DNA from: Candidatus Saganbacteria bacterium
GTDB taxonomy: Bacteria; Margulisbacteria; WOR-1; JAKLHX01
Direction of reading: 5' to 3'
Assembly (NCBI GenBank): GCA_026387835.1
Contig: JAPLKZ010000005.1
Coordinates: 150,001-182,000, forward strand
DNA: 32,000 nt
The notes beneath the pieces were generated by a model. That model ran no database searches. It was not told where the DNA came from and saw only the letters and a program-made list of their open reading frames with translations. This document shows, one piece after another, positions 18,151-28,736 of this stretch. The position numbers were made by a program, and so were the translations under genes. The first letter of the stretch is position 1. Every line of letters starts with the position of its first letter.

Positions 18151-19338
18151 ATGAAAAAACTATCTGTTTTGTTGATGATCCTGATGATCGTTTCCTGTTC
18201 CTATGCCGCCGAATTTTCGGTGACAAGCGATACTTTCGGACAATCATTATTAAAAACAAAAATATCCAACAATGCCAGTTTTGGATTTCTGAACTCCAAC
18301 GGCACGGGAGCCCCAGTTTTTTCATGGAATCCGGATTTTCATAATTTCGGTGTGGGTGTAGGATTATCAGTGAACATACCTATAACACCGCAGGGCCAGC
18401 CTATAGGCGTCGACAATGTAGTTGTAAGATATGCGGAGTACTCGGGATCAAAGTGGGGGCTCAGATACGGGATACTGAACAATGTGACCCTTGCGAACGG
18501 CCTGCTGGTCAGTAATTATTCAACTTCCACAAAAGGCGGAATAATCCAGACTGACGGGCAGACAGGTGTGCGCGCATATTACAACTGGGATTATGCCGCG
18601 GTAGAATGTTTCGGCACATGGACCGGTGTTTACGGGGTGAGATTGACGGAAAATGTCCTGCCATTCCTGACTTTGGGGCAGTATATGGCGGGTGACACGG
18701 ACGGGATCAAACAGGTAAAGCCAGACGGAACGACAAAACAGTTCCCGTCGCAGTCGGGCTGGGGTCTTGATGCATCAGTGCCGCTGTTTCCCGGAGCCAG
18801 CCTGTTTGCGGAGTACGCGAAGCTCAACAATTACGGCGGGGGTTTTACCGGAGGACTTAATGCCGGATATAGTTTTCTTATTGGGAAGATCGGCTTGAAA
18901 GCAGAACGAAGGATATTAGACTATAATTTTGTCCCGGGTTATTACAACGACGAATATGAAGTAAATCCGATCGACATTGTCTCGTACGAGGCGACTTCCA
19001 CTAATAAGAACGGTTATGCATTGTCGGTCTACGGGGATATCCTTTCAAGAGCGAAGTTCATCGCGATCCTCGAACAATATAATGACAGCAACGCTTCGCT
19101 AAGAGCCGAAGCGCTTGCAGATCTGACCGACGCATATTTTTTGGGCGTTTCTTATGTCCAGCCGAATTTCAGGGATTTCAGGACCCTGGATGCCAGCGAC
19201 GGGGCAATAATCACTACGAAGCTCGGATATAAGATCAATCCTTTTACACAGGTCATTGCCAACTATAAAAAAGCGTATGATCCGGTCCAGGGCAAAGTCG
19301 TCGAGACGCAGTGGTATGAGGTGAGCCTGAGTTTTTAG
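18151..19338 (+). CDS. Secreted putative outer membrane beta-barrel (porin-like) protein
   Basis: Signal peptide MKKLSVLLMILMIVSCSYAAEF. Alternating amphipathic strands rich in aromatics and Gly, ending in VETQWYEVSLSF, a typical beta-signal. SD AAGGAGA. Confidence 0.75.
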   Translation: MKKLSVLLMILMIVSCSYAAEFSVTSDTFGQSLLKTKISNNASFGFLNSNGTGAPVFSWNPDFHNFGVGVGLSVNIPITPQGQPIGVDNVVVRYAEYSGSKWGLRYGILNNVTLANGLLVSNYSTSTKGGIIQTDGQTGVRAYYNWDYAAVECFGTWTGVYGVRLTENVLPFLTLGQYMAGDTDGIKQVKPDGTTKQFPSQSGWGLDASVPLFPGASLFAEYAKLNNYGGGFTGGLNAGYSFLIGKIGLKAERRILDYNFVPGYYNDEYEVNPIDIVSYEATSTNKNGYALSVYGDILSRAKFIAILEQYNDSNASLRAEALADLTDAYFLGVSYVQPNFRDFRTLDASDGAIITTKLGYKINPFTQVIANYKKAYDPVQGKVVETQWYEVSLSF

Positions 19339-19340
19339 GG

Positions 19341-19922
19341 TTATTTCCTTAAGACGTTTACTTTTCCGCCGAGGACTTCAATGACCTTTGAAGCTTTGCC
19401 GGTCTTTGCCTTGCCGCCGTCAATTATGAGGTCGATCCCGCTTTTAAAATACTTTGCTGCCTCTTTTGCCGTTCTTGCCGGTTTTTCACCTGAAATATTA
19501 GCGGATGTCGCTGCTATAGGATGACCTAATGCTTTGATCAGTTTTAATACAAACGCATGGTCCGGCATTCTGACACCGACAGTATTCAGGCCGCAGGTCA
19601 GATAGCAGGGGACTTTACCGCTCTTTTCAGCGACGATCGTGAGCGGTCCGGGGAATCCGTCCTTTATCAGATCCTTAATTTCCCTTGAAAGCGTTTTAAA
19701 CAGGCCTTTTGCCTGTTTTTTTGAACCGGCAAGTAACTGGAGCGGTTTCTTGTCCCTTTTCTTTGATCTGAATATTTTATTGACGGCCTTCCTGCTGCGA
19801 TAGTCCGCTGCGATCCCGTATACAGTTTCTGTCGGGATCACGATAAGACCGCCGGACCGCAGTATCCTGACAGCTTCTCTGATGATCCCATCCTGATTTT
19901 TCTTTGTAAGTTTTATTATCAT
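19341..19922 (-). CDS. tsaC: L-threonylcarbamoyladenylate synthase (YrdC/Sua5 domain)
   Basis: AVRILRSGGLIVIPTETVYGIAADYRSRKAVNKIFRSKKRDKKPLQLL...FPGPLTIV...VGVRMPDH...GHPIAATSANISGE. Confidence 0.93.
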   Translation of the reverse strand: MIIKLTKKNQDGIIREAVRILRSGGLIVIPTETVYGIAADYRSRKAVNKIFRSKKRDKKPLQLLAGSKKQAKGLFKTLSREIKDLIKDGFPGPLTIVAEKSGKVPCYLTCGLNTVGVRMPDHAFVLKLIKALGHPIAATSANISGEKPARTAKEAAKYFKSGIDLIIDGGKAKTGKASKVIEVLGGKVNVLRK

Positions 19923-19940
19923 GGCTGATGATATTATATA

Positions 19941-19949
19941 TGGTATAAT
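19941..19949 (+). promoter_or_regulatory. Extended -10 promoter (TGGTATAAT) for the TPR-lptCA-trxB-rpsB-tsf-polA unit
   Basis: TGGTATAAT, 19 nt before ATG 19969. Shares the 12-mer ATGGTATAATTT with the purN promoter. Confidence 0.55.
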
Positions 19950-19968
19950 TTGGAATTAAAAGTTAAAA

Positions 19969-20583
19969 ATGCAAATCAAAAGATATATTGCGGTCGCAGT
20001 ATTGATATTTTCGATGGCCACGGCGGCATTCTGCTGGACGATGACCGCAGAATTCGCGAAGGAGACCGCGGAAAAAGAAGCGGCGGTCAAAGCAAGCCCC
20101 CGTTCACCGGACGCGCTCTTTGATCTGGCTATAACATACGCTTACACGAACAAAGTGCAGGAAGGGCTTGACACGCTGAAAAATGTGTCAAAACTGGTCT
20201 CTGACACAAAAACTTATTCAAGGCAACTTATCGAAAGATATTATGTTGAAGTTCAGCAAAATCCTAAGGACTGGAGGGTGAGATTCAGGCTCGCGTTCGC
20301 TTATTATTTCGGCGGATACAAAAAATATGCCGTGACGGAACTTCAGAACGTTGCCGCGACAGACCCTAAAAACCCCTGGCCTTACGCCTATATTGCCGTC
20401 ATTTACGGAGAGGACGACAGGTGGAATGAAGCCGTGGCTTCCATGAGAAGGGCTATATCGATGGATTCAAACGTGGCGGCATTCCACCTGGCGCTTGCGC
20501 TCGGATATTCAAAGACCGGCAATCCGTTAGGAGCGATGTTCGAGGGCGGCGAAGCGATGAGGCTTAAGGCAATGGGGTATTAA
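19969..20583 (+). CDS. Secreted TPR-like protein
   Basis: Signal peptide MQIKRYIAVAVLIFSMATAAFCW; repeated helix pairs such as SPDALFDLAITYAYTNKVQEGLDTL and NPWPYAYIAVIYGEDDRWNEAVASMRRAISMDSNVAAFHLALAL. Confidence 0.7.
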   Translation: MQIKRYIAVAVLIFSMATAAFCWTMTAEFAKETAEKEAAVKASPRSPDALFDLAITYAYTNKVQEGLDTLKNVSKLVSDTKTYSRQLIERYYVEVQQNPKDWRVRFRLAFAYYFGGYKKYAVTELQNVAATDPKNPWPYAYIAVIYGEDDRWNEAVASMRRAISMDSNVAAFHLALALGYSKTGNPLGAMFEGGEAMRLKAMGY

Positions 20584-20593
20584 TAACCGCACA

Positions 20594-21526
20594 ATGAATA
20601 ATAAATTCAGCTTATTTATTTTGTTCATTCTATTGCTGGGGCTTATCTCTGTCTGGACTGTCTTAATACCTAAAGAGACCGTTTCGGAAAAGATCTCAAA
20701 GACCCTCGTTGAGCAGAAAAAAAAAGCGGATATGTTCATGAAAGGCGTGACCTTCGCGGAGATCGTGGACGGCGTGAAATACTGGGAGATAAAATCCATC
20801 ACCTCGCAGATAAACAAGACCACGGGCGTCGCGGTGTTGAGCGATATCAAAGGTTCCTTCTTTAAGAACGGCATCCCTTCGGTGAAGTTCGTTTCCCCGA
20901 CCGTGAAATGGGACATGAACAGGAAAGAGATCAGGATAGAATCGCCTCTGGGATACGATAACAAGTTTAAGTTCGAGACCCCGTACCTTGACTGGTCCCT
21001 CAGTTCGAAGAAACTGTTCACCGACCAGGATGTCGTCTTTGAGGGCGACGGGATGACCGTGAAAGGAAAAGGCCTCTCGGCGGACGCCGGCCTTGAAACA
21101 ATGGTCCTCAAAGGCGGTCCTAAAGCGGATATCAGCCAGGACGGCGAGACCATGGAGATAGAAGCAAGGACATTCGAGGTGAACGGTCAGACCGGTTCGA
21201 TACTTGCGAGCGGCGAGGCAAAAGCCGAAAGAGGGGACCTTTCTATCAGGGCAGAAAGCCTGTTCTATGATAAGGAAAAGAACAAAGCCTCTGCGGCCGG
21301 CTCGGTCCGTATCTCATACAAGGATATCAGGGCCAGCTCTGATCATGCGGTCTATGACGTCAAAAATAACGCCATCTTTCTTTCGGGCTCCGCAAAAGCG
21401 ACGAGAGAAGATAATGAGCTTACCGGCGACAAGTTGATAATAGACATCAAAAATAATAAAATAATGATCAGGGGCAGGACAAAAGTGATCGTCGACGAGA
21501 GCCTCCTTACAAAAGAAGCAAAATAA
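20594..21526 (+). CDS. Putative LptC-LptA (OstA-like) fusion, LPS transport
   Basis: Single N-terminal TM helix followed by a LptC-like segment. The C-terminal half has OstA/LptA-like strands: ETMEIEARTFEVNGQTGSILASGEAKAERGDLSIRAESLFYDKEKNKASAAGSVRI...LTGDKLIIDIKNNKIMIRG. Confidence 0.7.
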   Translation: MNNKFSLFILFILLLGLISVWTVLIPKETVSEKISKTLVEQKKKADMFMKGVTFAEIVDGVKYWEIKSITSQINKTTGVAVLSDIKGSFFKNGIPSVKFVSPTVKWDMNRKEIRIESPLGYDNKFKFETPYLDWSLSSKKLFTDQDVVFEGDGMTVKGKGLSADAGLETMVLKGGPKADISQDGETMEIEARTFEVNGQTGSILASGEAKAERGDLSIRAESLFYDKEKNKASAAGSVRISYKDIRASSDHAVYDVKNNAIFLSGSAKATREDNELTGDKLIIDIKNNKIMIRGRTKVIVDESLLTKEAK

Positions 21527-21531
21527 AAAAT

Positions 21532-22503
21532 ATGGAAGAAGTCCAGTCAATACAGCAATTAGAAGAGATCCTTGAGCGAAAAGGCCCTTCTTTCGACGTT
21601 ATCATAATCGGCGGCGGGCCGGCCGGGCTCACTGCCGCGATATATTCCTCGCGTTCAGGCCTTAAGACGCTTTTAATAGAAAAAGCCCTCCTGGGCGGCC
21701 AGGCATCTCTTTGTCCGGCCATCGAAAATTATCCGGGTTTTCCTTCGGGGATATCCGGAGCGGAGCTCTCGTCAAGGCTCGAGGACCAGGCCAGGAAATT
21801 CGGGACTGAGATAATCTGGGGCGACGTGAACGGCATTTCGCTGGAGGGCGACCAAAAAAAAGTCGGTCTGAACGATAAGATATTTTCGGCAAAGGCCCTG
21901 ATATTGGCATCGGGCGCAGAACCAAAAAAACTGAAGATCCCCGGTGAGGACGAGTTCAGGGGAAGGGGAGTATCATATTGCGCGACCTGCGACGGCGCTT
22001 TTTACAGGGACAAAGAACTTGTCGTGATAGGGGGAGGCAATTCGGCCGTGTCGGAAGCGATATTCCTGACAAAATTCGCGTCAAAGGTGGGGATCATCCA
22101 CAGGAGAAGCGTATTAAGGGCCGATAAGGTGCTTGGGGACCGCGCTTCTTTTGAGCCGAGGATCTATTTTGTGTGGGACAGCGTGCCCGAAAAGATCAAC
22201 GGAAAAGATACGGTCACTTCTATAGAAATAAAGAACGTGATAACGGGAAAAACCTCGAGGATAGAGACCGACGGAGTGTTCATCTATATCGGAGAACATC
22301 CCAATTCATCTCTTGTCAGGGGCCTTGTTGATATTTCGGAAGACGGATCCGTAATTGTCGATGACAGGATGATGACGTCATGCAAAGGCATATTTGCCGC
22401 CGGGGATGTCTGCCGGAAACATCTGAGGCAGATAGCGACAGCGGTCGGCGACGGTGCACTCGCGGCCGACTCGGCTCGAAAATATATCGAAAACATGATA
22501 TAA
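21532..22503 (+). CDS. trxB: Thioredoxin reductase-like FAD/NAD(P) disulfide oxidoreductase
   Basis: DVIIIGGGPAGLTAAIYSSRSGLKTLLIEK...YCATCDGAFYRDKELVVIGGGNSAVSEA...GIFAAGDVCRKHLRQIATAVGDGALAA. Confidence 0.93.
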   Translation: MEEVQSIQQLEEILERKGPSFDVIIIGGGPAGLTAAIYSSRSGLKTLLIEKALLGGQASLCPAIENYPGFPSGISGAELSSRLEDQARKFGTEIIWGDVNGISLEGDQKKVGLNDKIFSAKALILASGAEPKKLKIPGEDEFRGRGVSYCATCDGAFYRDKELVVIGGGNSAVSEAIFLTKFASKVGIIHRRSVLRADKVLGDRASFEPRIYFVWDSVPEKINGKDTVTSIEIKNVITGKTSRIETDGVFIYIGEHPNSSLVRGLVDISEDGSVIVDDRMMTSCKGIFAAGDVCRKHLRQIATAVGDGALAADSARKYIENMI

Positions 22504-22525
22504 TTTTTTCTAGGAGGCTAAATAA

Positions 22526-23350
22526 TTGGCAGTAATAACGATGAGACAATTGCTTGAAGCGGGCGTCCACTTCGGGCACCAGCGAAGGTTCTGGAACCCG
22601 AAGATGAAGACATACATTTTTTCGTCAAGGAACGATATCCATGTGATCGATCTCCATAAATCCATACCGCTGATAGAAAAAGCATACCAGTTCATCAAGA
22701 AGACCGTCGAGGATAAAGGGACCGTGCTTTTCGTCGGCACAAAAAAACAGGCCCAGGAAGCGATCGAGACGGAAGCAAAAAGGTGCGGCATGTTCTTCGT
22801 CAGCCAGAGATGGCTGGGCGGGACGCTCACTAATTTCAAGACGCTCAGAAAAAATATCGCGCGCCTTAAAGACATCGAAAAGATGGAAACGACCGGCATG
22901 TTCGAAAAACTCCCGAAAAAAGAGGTCGCAAAGCTCCAGAAGGAAAAAGCAAAACTGGACAGGATGCTGGGGGGAATAAGGGACATGTCATCCCTGCCGT
23001 CAGTGGTCTTCATCGTTGACACAAAAAAAGAGGTCATCGCCGTGAAGGAGGCCAGGAAACTGGGCATCCCGATAGTAGGGATAGTCGATACCGACAGCGA
23101 CCCGGAAGAAGTGGACCACGCCATACCGGCCAACGACGACGCAATAAGATCGGTAAAACTCCTCACATCGATAATCGCGGATGCGGTGCTTGACGGAAGG
23201 CAGCTAACGGAACCCGGGCAGGAGTTCGGCATATCGATAGAGGACACGCCCGAAGAGCTCGCTGCGGCCATAGAGATCGAAAAGGAAGAACAGCTGCAGG
23301 ACGTCAGCATCGAAAGCTTCATCAAAATACCCGACAAAGAAACCGAATAG
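22526..23350 (+). CDS. rpsB: Ribosomal protein S2
   Basis: TTG start after AGGAGG; [43 protein letters not shown]. Confidence 0.98.
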   Translation: MAVITMRQLLEAGVHFGHQRRFWNPKMKTYIFSSRNDIHVIDLHKSIPLIEKAYQFIKKTVEDKGTVLFVGTKKQAQEAIETEAKRCGMFFVSQRWLGGTLTNFKTLRKNIARLKDIEKMETTGMFEKLPKKEVAKLQKEKAKLDRMLGGIRDMSSLPSVVFIVDTKKEVIAVKEARKLGIPIVGIVDTDSDPEEVDHAIPANDDAIRSVKLLTSIIADAVLDGRQLTEPGQEFGISIEDTPEELAAAIEIEKEEQLQDVSIESFIKIPDKETE

Positions 23351-23364
23351 AAAGGCCTTTGGAA

Positions 23365-23964
23365 ATGGCTGTAACACCCGAGATGGTGAAAGAACTGCGT
23401 GAAAAAACGGGCTGTGGGATGATGGACTGCAAAAAAGCCCTTGAAGAGTCCGGGGGCGATATGGCAAAAGCGGCGGAGCATCTCAGAAAAAAAGGCCTTG
23501 CCTCAGCGGCTCAAAAAGCGGAAAGAGCGGCCTGCCAGGGCATTATCGAATCTTATATACATCTCAATTCTAATATCGGTGTGATGATCGAGCTGAACTG
23601 CGAAACAGATTTTGTCGCTAGGAACCCTGAATTCAAAGAGCTTGCAAGGGATATCGCGATGCAGGTGTGCGCGGCCTCGCCGATGTATGTCTCAAGAGAG
23701 TCCGTGCCGCAGGCGCATCTGGACCATGAAAAAGAAATAATAAAGGCCCAGTCAAAGACAGAAGGAAAGCCTGAGCATATCATAGAAAAGATGATGAAAG
23801 GCAGGATCGAAAAGTTCTACAGCGAGGTCTGCCTGGTAGATCAGCTTTTCATAAAGGACCAGGATAAAAAGATAAGCGACCTCATAAAAGAAAAGATAGC
23901 CAAGTTCGGCGAGAATATAGTAATAAAGCGCTTCACAAGATATCAAGTTGGAGAAAAGATCTAA
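23365..23964 (+). CDS. tsf: Elongation factor Ts (short form)
   Basis: [45 protein letters not shown]. About 199 aa, compact form. Start set to ATG 23365. Confidence 0.97.
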   Translation: MAVTPEMVKELREKTGCGMMDCKKALEESGGDMAKAAEHLRKKGLASAAQKAERAACQGIIESYIHLNSNIGVMIELNCETDFVARNPEFKELARDIAMQVCAASPMYVSRESVPQAHLDHEKEIIKAQSKTEGKPEHIIEKMMKGRIEKFYSEVCLVDQLFIKDQDKKISDLIKEKIAKFGENIVIKRFTRYQVGEKI

Positions 23965-26677
23965 TACGCCCGTAATCTACCTCATAGATGGGAACTCTCT
24001 GGTCTACAGGGCTTTCTACGCCCTTCCCGACACGATGAAGACCGCTTCAGGCATCACAACAAACGCAATTTACGGTTTTACTAACATGCTTTTAAGGCTT
24101 CTCGATGACAAGCCGGATTACATCGCGATAGCTTTTGACAGGCCGGAACCCACTTTCAGGCACAAAGAATACTCTGAGTACAAAGCCCAGAGGCAGAAAG
24201 CTCCCGATACGTTAAGGCAGCAGTTCCCTTACATCAAGGAGTTGATCTCGATGTTTTCGATCCCGGTATTCGAGATGGCCGGTTTTGAAGCTGACGACAT
24301 CGTGGCCACGATCGCAAAAAAGGCCGAGAAAGACGGGATGAAAGCGGTGATAGTCACGGGAGACAAAGACACTTTTCAGCTCATCAATGACAGTATAAAT
24401 GTTCTTACCGCGGTAAAAGGCATAACCGAGACCATGCTTTACGACAGCACTAAGGTCAAAGAAAGGTTCGGGATAGAACCCAAATTCCTTCTTGATTATA
24501 AATCCCTTGCCGGTGACCCGTCGGATAACATACCCGGAATCCCGGGGGTGGGGGAAAAGACGGCGGTATCCCTGATATCAAAATTCGGTGACCTTGAGTC
24601 GATAATAAAGAACGCCGATACTCTTGAAGGTAAACTTAAAGACAAGATAAAAAACAATGTCGGGATCGCCCGTCTTTCAAGAAGGCTGGCCGAACTGGTG
24701 ACGGACATGCCGCTGGACATAGATTTCAAGAAACTTGAAAGGAAAGAAATAGACTGGCCTTCAGTGTTTCCGCTCCTTGAAAAGTTCGAGTTCAAAAGCC
24801 TTCTGAAAAAATACGGCAAGGACCAGACAATCGGTTTGTTCGCACAGGAAAGCAGGGAAAAAGTCAGGCAGGCCGACGAGAATACGGATTATAAGTTGAT
24901 AGAGAACGGCAAAGACCTCGATTCTCTTATCGGAGAGATCAGATCAGCAGGCGCATTTGCTTTTGATACGGAGACTACATCACTTGATACAATGACTGCC
25001 AAGCTTATAGGCATTTCAATATCCTGCAAATTATGCAAGGCTTCTTTTATCCCTGAAGGTATTATTTCAAAGTTTGGAAATGCAGAAAAACTGAAGGATA
25101 TATTTGCGGACTCAGAAATAAAAAAATACGGCCATAATCTTAAATATGACATAGAGATCCTTAACGGTCACGGCATAGAAGTCCACGGTATAGATTTTGA
25201 CACTATGGTAGCCGCATATATTCTGGACCCGACTGCAGGGAAATTCGGCTTAAAGTTCCTCGGAGCAAAGTATTTCGGAAAGATCATGACCAGCTATGAA
25301 GAGCTCATGCTTGCTGACAATGCAAAGGATATCAAGAACACGGATATTGAAGATCTCAAAAATTATGCCTGTGCCGATGCGGATATCACATTCCGGCTCC
25401 AGGAAGTGCTGCGTAAAGAACTGACGGAAAAAGGGCTTCTCAGCATATTTTCAAATATCGAAGTGCCCCTGATCGAGGTCCTTGTGAAGATGGAGGAGGA
25501 CGGCGTCTCGATCGACGAGGCAAAGCTTTCTTTCCTGTCAAAGGACGTTTCCAAAAGGATCGAACGCCTTGAGATAGAGATATATGCCATCTGCGGCGAG
25601 AAGTTCAATATCAACTCTCCAAAACAGCTTGCCGAGATACTTTTTAATAAGCTGAAGCTCCCGAAAGGCAGAAAGACAAAGACGGGACAGTCAACTGACG
25701 CGTCAGTCCTTGAATCCCTGGCCGGCAATTTCGAGATTGCGCAAAAACTTCTCGAGTACAGGCAGCTCGCAAAGCTGCAGAGCACTTATATCGACGCGCT
25801 TCCCCAGATGGTCAACAAGAGGACGGGAAGGATACACACGTCATTTAACCAGATCATCACGGCGACAGGCCGCCTTTCAAGCAGCGATCCAAACCTGCAG
25901 AACATACCGATAAGATCGGACCTCGGCAAGATGATAAGGGATGCTTTTGTTCCTGCAAATGACGGGGACATGATCCTGTCCGCCGATTATTCTCAGATAG
26001 AGCTACGCATACTCGCGCACCTCAGTAAAGATCCGGAACTGATAAAGGATTTTATCGAAGACAAGGATATTCACTCCGCTACCGCGGCTGACATATTTGG
26101 TGTCAAATTCGAAGAAGTAACAAAGGAGATGAGGACCTTCTCGAAAACGATAAACTTCGGCATTGTTTACGGTATGAGTTCCTACGGTCTCGCGAAAACA
26201 CTCAACATCAAACCCAGAGAGGCTGAAGAATACATCTCTAAATATTTCAACAAATATAAAGGTGTAAAGGCGTTCATGGACAACACGATTCTTTTTGCAA
26301 GAAAGAACGGCTATGTCGAGACCCTTCTCGGCAGGAGAAGGTATTTAAGGAATATCGACAGCTACAACCAGAACGAGAGGCAGGCTGAAGAGAGGATAGC
26401 TGTCAACACACCGGTGCAGGGAACAGCCGCCGATATAATCAAAGCGGCTATGATAAAGATCTATAATAGACTGAATGTAAGGGCGGGTTTAAAACCCGCC
26501 CCTCTCAGATCAAAAATGATACTTCAGATCCACGATGAGCTTGTGTTCGAATGCCCGAAGGAAGAAGTCGAACAAGTTAAGACGCTTGTCAGGGATCTCA
26601 TGTCAACGGCCGTTCCTCTTGATGTCCCCGTCAAAGTCGATATCGGTGTTGGGAAAAGCTGGGGCCAGGCGAAGTAA
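23948..26677 (+). CDS. polA: DNA polymerase I (5'-3' exo, 3'-5' exo with DTE motif, polymerase)
   Basis: [19 protein letters not shown]; [11 protein letters not shown]; [16 protein letters not shown]; [11 protein letters not shown]; [15 protein letters not shown] start overlaps tsf by 17 nt. Confidence 0.96.
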   Translation: MEKRSNTPVIYLIDGNSLVYRAFYALPDTMKTASGITTNAIYGFTNMLLRLLDDKPDYIAIAFDRPEPTFRHKEYSEYKAQRQKAPDTLRQQFPYIKELISMFSIPVFEMAGFEADDIVATIAKKAEKDGMKAVIVTGDKDTFQLINDSINVLTAVKGITETMLYDSTKVKERFGIEPKFLLDYKSLAGDPSDNIPGIPGVGEKTAVSLISKFGDLESIIKNADTLEGKLKDKIKNNVGIARLSRRLAELVTDMPLDIDFKKLERKEIDWPSVFPLLEKFEFKSLLKKYGKDQTIGLFAQESREKVRQADENTDYKLIENGKDLDSLIGEIRSAGAFAFDTETTSLDTMTAKLIGISISCKLCKASFIPEGIISKFGNAEKLKDIFADSEIKKYGHNLKYDIEILNGHGIEVHGIDFDTMVAAYILDPTAGKFGLKFLGAKYFGKIMTSYEELMLADNAKDIKNTDIEDLKNYACADADITFRLQEVLRKELTEKGLLSIFSNIEVPLIEVLVKMEEDGVSIDEAKLSFLSKDVSKRIERLEIEIYAICGEKFNINSPKQLAEILFNKLKLPKGRKTKTGQSTDASVLESLAGNFEIAQKLLEYRQLAKLQSTYIDALPQMVNKRTGRIHTSFNQIITATGRLSSSDPNLQNIPIRSDLGKMIRDAFVPANDGDMILSADYSQIELRILAHLSKDPELIKDFIEDKDIHSATAADIFGVKFEEVTKEMRTFSKTINFGIVYGMSSYGLAKTLNIKPREAEEYISKYFNKYKGVKAFMDNTILFARKNGYVETLLGRRRYLRNIDSYNQNERQAEERIAVNTPVQGTAADIIKAAMIKIYNRLNVRAGLKPAPLRSKMILQIHDELVFECPKEEVEQVKTLVRDLMSTAVPLDVPVKVDIGVGKSWGQAK
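26481..26501. repeat. 21-bp palindromic element inserted in frame within polA
   Basis: GGGCGGGTTT-A-AAACCCGCCC, perfect 10-bp arms with 1-nt centre, in the codons for RAGLKPAP. Confidence 0.75.
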
Positions 26678-26753
26678 AAATACCATTGTCCTTCGTACTC
26701 AGATTCTTAATAAATACTTTTAATTAGCGCCTTACCGAAATAATGTGGACAGG

Positions 26754-26780
26754 TGAAATTCTTGGCGGAAAAACACGATG
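26754..26780 (+). promoter_or_regulatory. Bipartite alternative-sigma-like promoter (TGAAAT-N16-CGATG) for the radical SAM gene
   Basis: TGAAATTCTTGGCGGAAAAACACGATG; same spacing as the other elements, last base divergent. Confidence 0.4.
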
Positions 26781-26796
26781 ATTATATTGATAACAT

Positions 26797-28644
26797 ATGA
26801 ATATTCAGGGATTTACAATGAGAAATATTTCCGCTTCCATGAGGAGCGGGTGTATCCCGGCGAGGGCACTGACTGAATTTGACAGGCAAAGATTTCGTAT
26901 CGTTAAAGGTCTTCAGGATCCGTACGGCCGGTTTGTTTATGCCCCGGAATCTGCGAGCATTTCCATGACACGAAAGTGCAATTCAACCTTTTGCCCTCAA
27001 TGTGCCCCTGATTCTACAGCAGGTTCAAACCTTTCTCTAAGCAGAGAACAAGTCAAAAAAATTATGGGCGATCTCGCAGAGATTCCCATCAATATGCTAT
27101 ATATCGAGGGTGGCGAACCGACACTTGAACTTGATAATACATTACTGGCGTCCCGTCTTGGAGCGCATATTTTAAACATGTACGGATTTAGTCTCGAGAG
27201 CAATCTCTCGTGGGCATCTACAGAGGATAGCACAACTGAAATGCTGTCAAGGCTGGCAACCCAGGGGATCGAGCGAAATAGAAAAATCTTTGTGACAGGA
27301 GGGAACCTCGACTCTTTTCATGATTTTGTCCCATTGCAAAATCACATCAATCTTGTGCGTCAATTCTGGCGATATTTCCCAAGCGGGGAAATGGTATTCT
27401 CCCGTTTGGAAGACCCTAACGACGACTCGGTAACAAGATTTATCCAACTTCTTAAGGAACAAGGCTGGCGTTGCGATTATAAGGAGATCCCGACAGACCC
27501 AGAATTATATCAAACTCCGGCAGTTGAAGAGATAAATATTGATATGGGGTCCCATGCGGGAGGTAAAAGAAAGATCTGCATACAGCATAAATTCCCTGTC
27601 CTTGTAGGCAGGGGAAAACAGCTGAGGCAAACCCCTTACTTGGACTGGCTAAACGCAGCAAGAGGAAAGCAGGTCGACATGCGAGAAGATAAAAGCACTA
27701 TATTTCCTGAAGCTGTCGAAAGCGAAGGGCAAATCGTGAGCATAGGATGGGACGGTCTCGTTTATCTTAATCCTATGTTCATGCATACGCAGACGTATCC
27801 GCTGGGCTCGATCGACGAGGAAGACCTGTATTCGATAATCAAGAGGGCAAATAAAGATCCGCTAGTGAGACGGCTGGTGGCAAGAGGATTCGGAAGTATT
27901 TTTAGGGTCGCTGCAAAGATATTTCCGCAGCTTGCGCATTTTGACCCAAGGCTGGGCATAAATGAAATCTGCATAGATACTCTTCAAAATCCTGAGCAGA
28001 ATCTTGCAATACTTGAAGGGATATTGAGAGAAGAAGGAGAGTTAACTACTGCAGCGGCAAGGTTGAAATCCGCCCCGGATAGTATTGACATAAAAGCTGC
28101 ATTACAGGACTATGCGAGCCGGGACTGGACAGGAATCGAGAATACTTTTGTATGGTGCGCAACAGATAAGGTCGCGGAGCTTACGGTAGAAAAGCAGATT
28201 GAGACGATCAGCGCAACGGACCTCAAAGGATTTGAGACGCAGATCCTGTTCTCTCTTGTAATGAGAGCAGAAGAAAAAAGGAAAAAAGAGCTGCTGTGCA
28301 TGGCGGTGGCGGATAAAGCACTTTTATTAAAACTTTTTGGCCCGCCGATGTATTCGGATTATATTGACGGGCAAAAAGAGTTTGCCTGTAAAGTATTTGC
28401 GGGCATAATTGCGGAAAAGGGGAGTATCCCTCTTCCTGCAGACGAAAAAGAAGAAAAACCGTTTTTAGACGTGCTTGTGGCATTATTAAACATCGGCGCG
28501 ATAGATATTTTCTTTAAAAAATATGAAGTATTGCCTGGCACTGATCAAGCAAAGATGAATAAAATCATTTTAAAAGACGCCGATCTTTTCTCTGTAATTG
28601 TTGACAGATTAGGGGACGCATGGATGAAGAAAGGCCCGAAATGA
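26797..28644 (+). CDS. Radical SAM-like protein with extended C-terminal domain, uncharacterized
   Basis: SISMTRKCNSTFCPQCAPDS (CX4CX2C) followed by MLYIEGGEPTLE (GGEP motif) about 36 aa downstream; 615 aa. The exact start is uncertain. Confidence 0.7.
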   Translation: MNIQGFTMRNISASMRSGCIPARALTEFDRQRFRIVKGLQDPYGRFVYAPESASISMTRKCNSTFCPQCAPDSTAGSNLSLSREQVKKIMGDLAEIPINMLYIEGGEPTLELDNTLLASRLGAHILNMYGFSLESNLSWASTEDSTTEMLSRLATQGIERNRKIFVTGGNLDSFHDFVPLQNHINLVRQFWRYFPSGEMVFSRLEDPNDDSVTRFIQLLKEQGWRCDYKEIPTDPELYQTPAVEEINIDMGSHAGGKRKICIQHKFPVLVGRGKQLRQTPYLDWLNAARGKQVDMREDKSTIFPEAVESEGQIVSIGWDGLVYLNPMFMHTQTYPLGSIDEEDLYSIIKRANKDPLVRRLVARGFGSIFRVAAKIFPQLAHFDPRLGINEICIDTLQNPEQNLAILEGILREEGELTTAAARLKSAPDSIDIKAALQDYASRDWTGIENTFVWCATDKVAELTVEKQIETISATDLKGFETQILFSLVMRAEEKRKKELLCMAVADKALLLKLFGPPMYSDYIDGQKEFACKVFAGIIAEKGSIPLPADEKEEKPFLDVLVALLNIGAIDIFFKKYEVLPGTDQAKMNKIILKDADLFSVIVDRLGDAWMKKGPK

Positions 28645-28702
28645 TATCTGTAAAAGCTGGGGCCAGGCGAAGTAATCGCCCCATTATTCCGCTCAAAATG
28701 GA

Positions 28703-28729
28703 TGAAATAATTTAAATAAATAATCGATA
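28703..28729 (+). promoter_or_regulatory. Bipartite alternative-sigma-like promoter (TGAAAT-N16-CGATA) for the GH13-like gene
   Basis: TGAAATAATTTAAATAAATAATCGATA, ending 7 nt before ATG 28737. Confidence 0.45.
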
Positions 28730-28736
28730 TATTTAT

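Noticed and set aside
22510-23481. Minus-strand 323-aa ORF overlapping rpsB/tsf
   Set aside because: Antisense to highly conserved ribosomal protein S2 and EF-Ts; low-complexity Ser/Phe-rich translation is typical of a shadow ORF.
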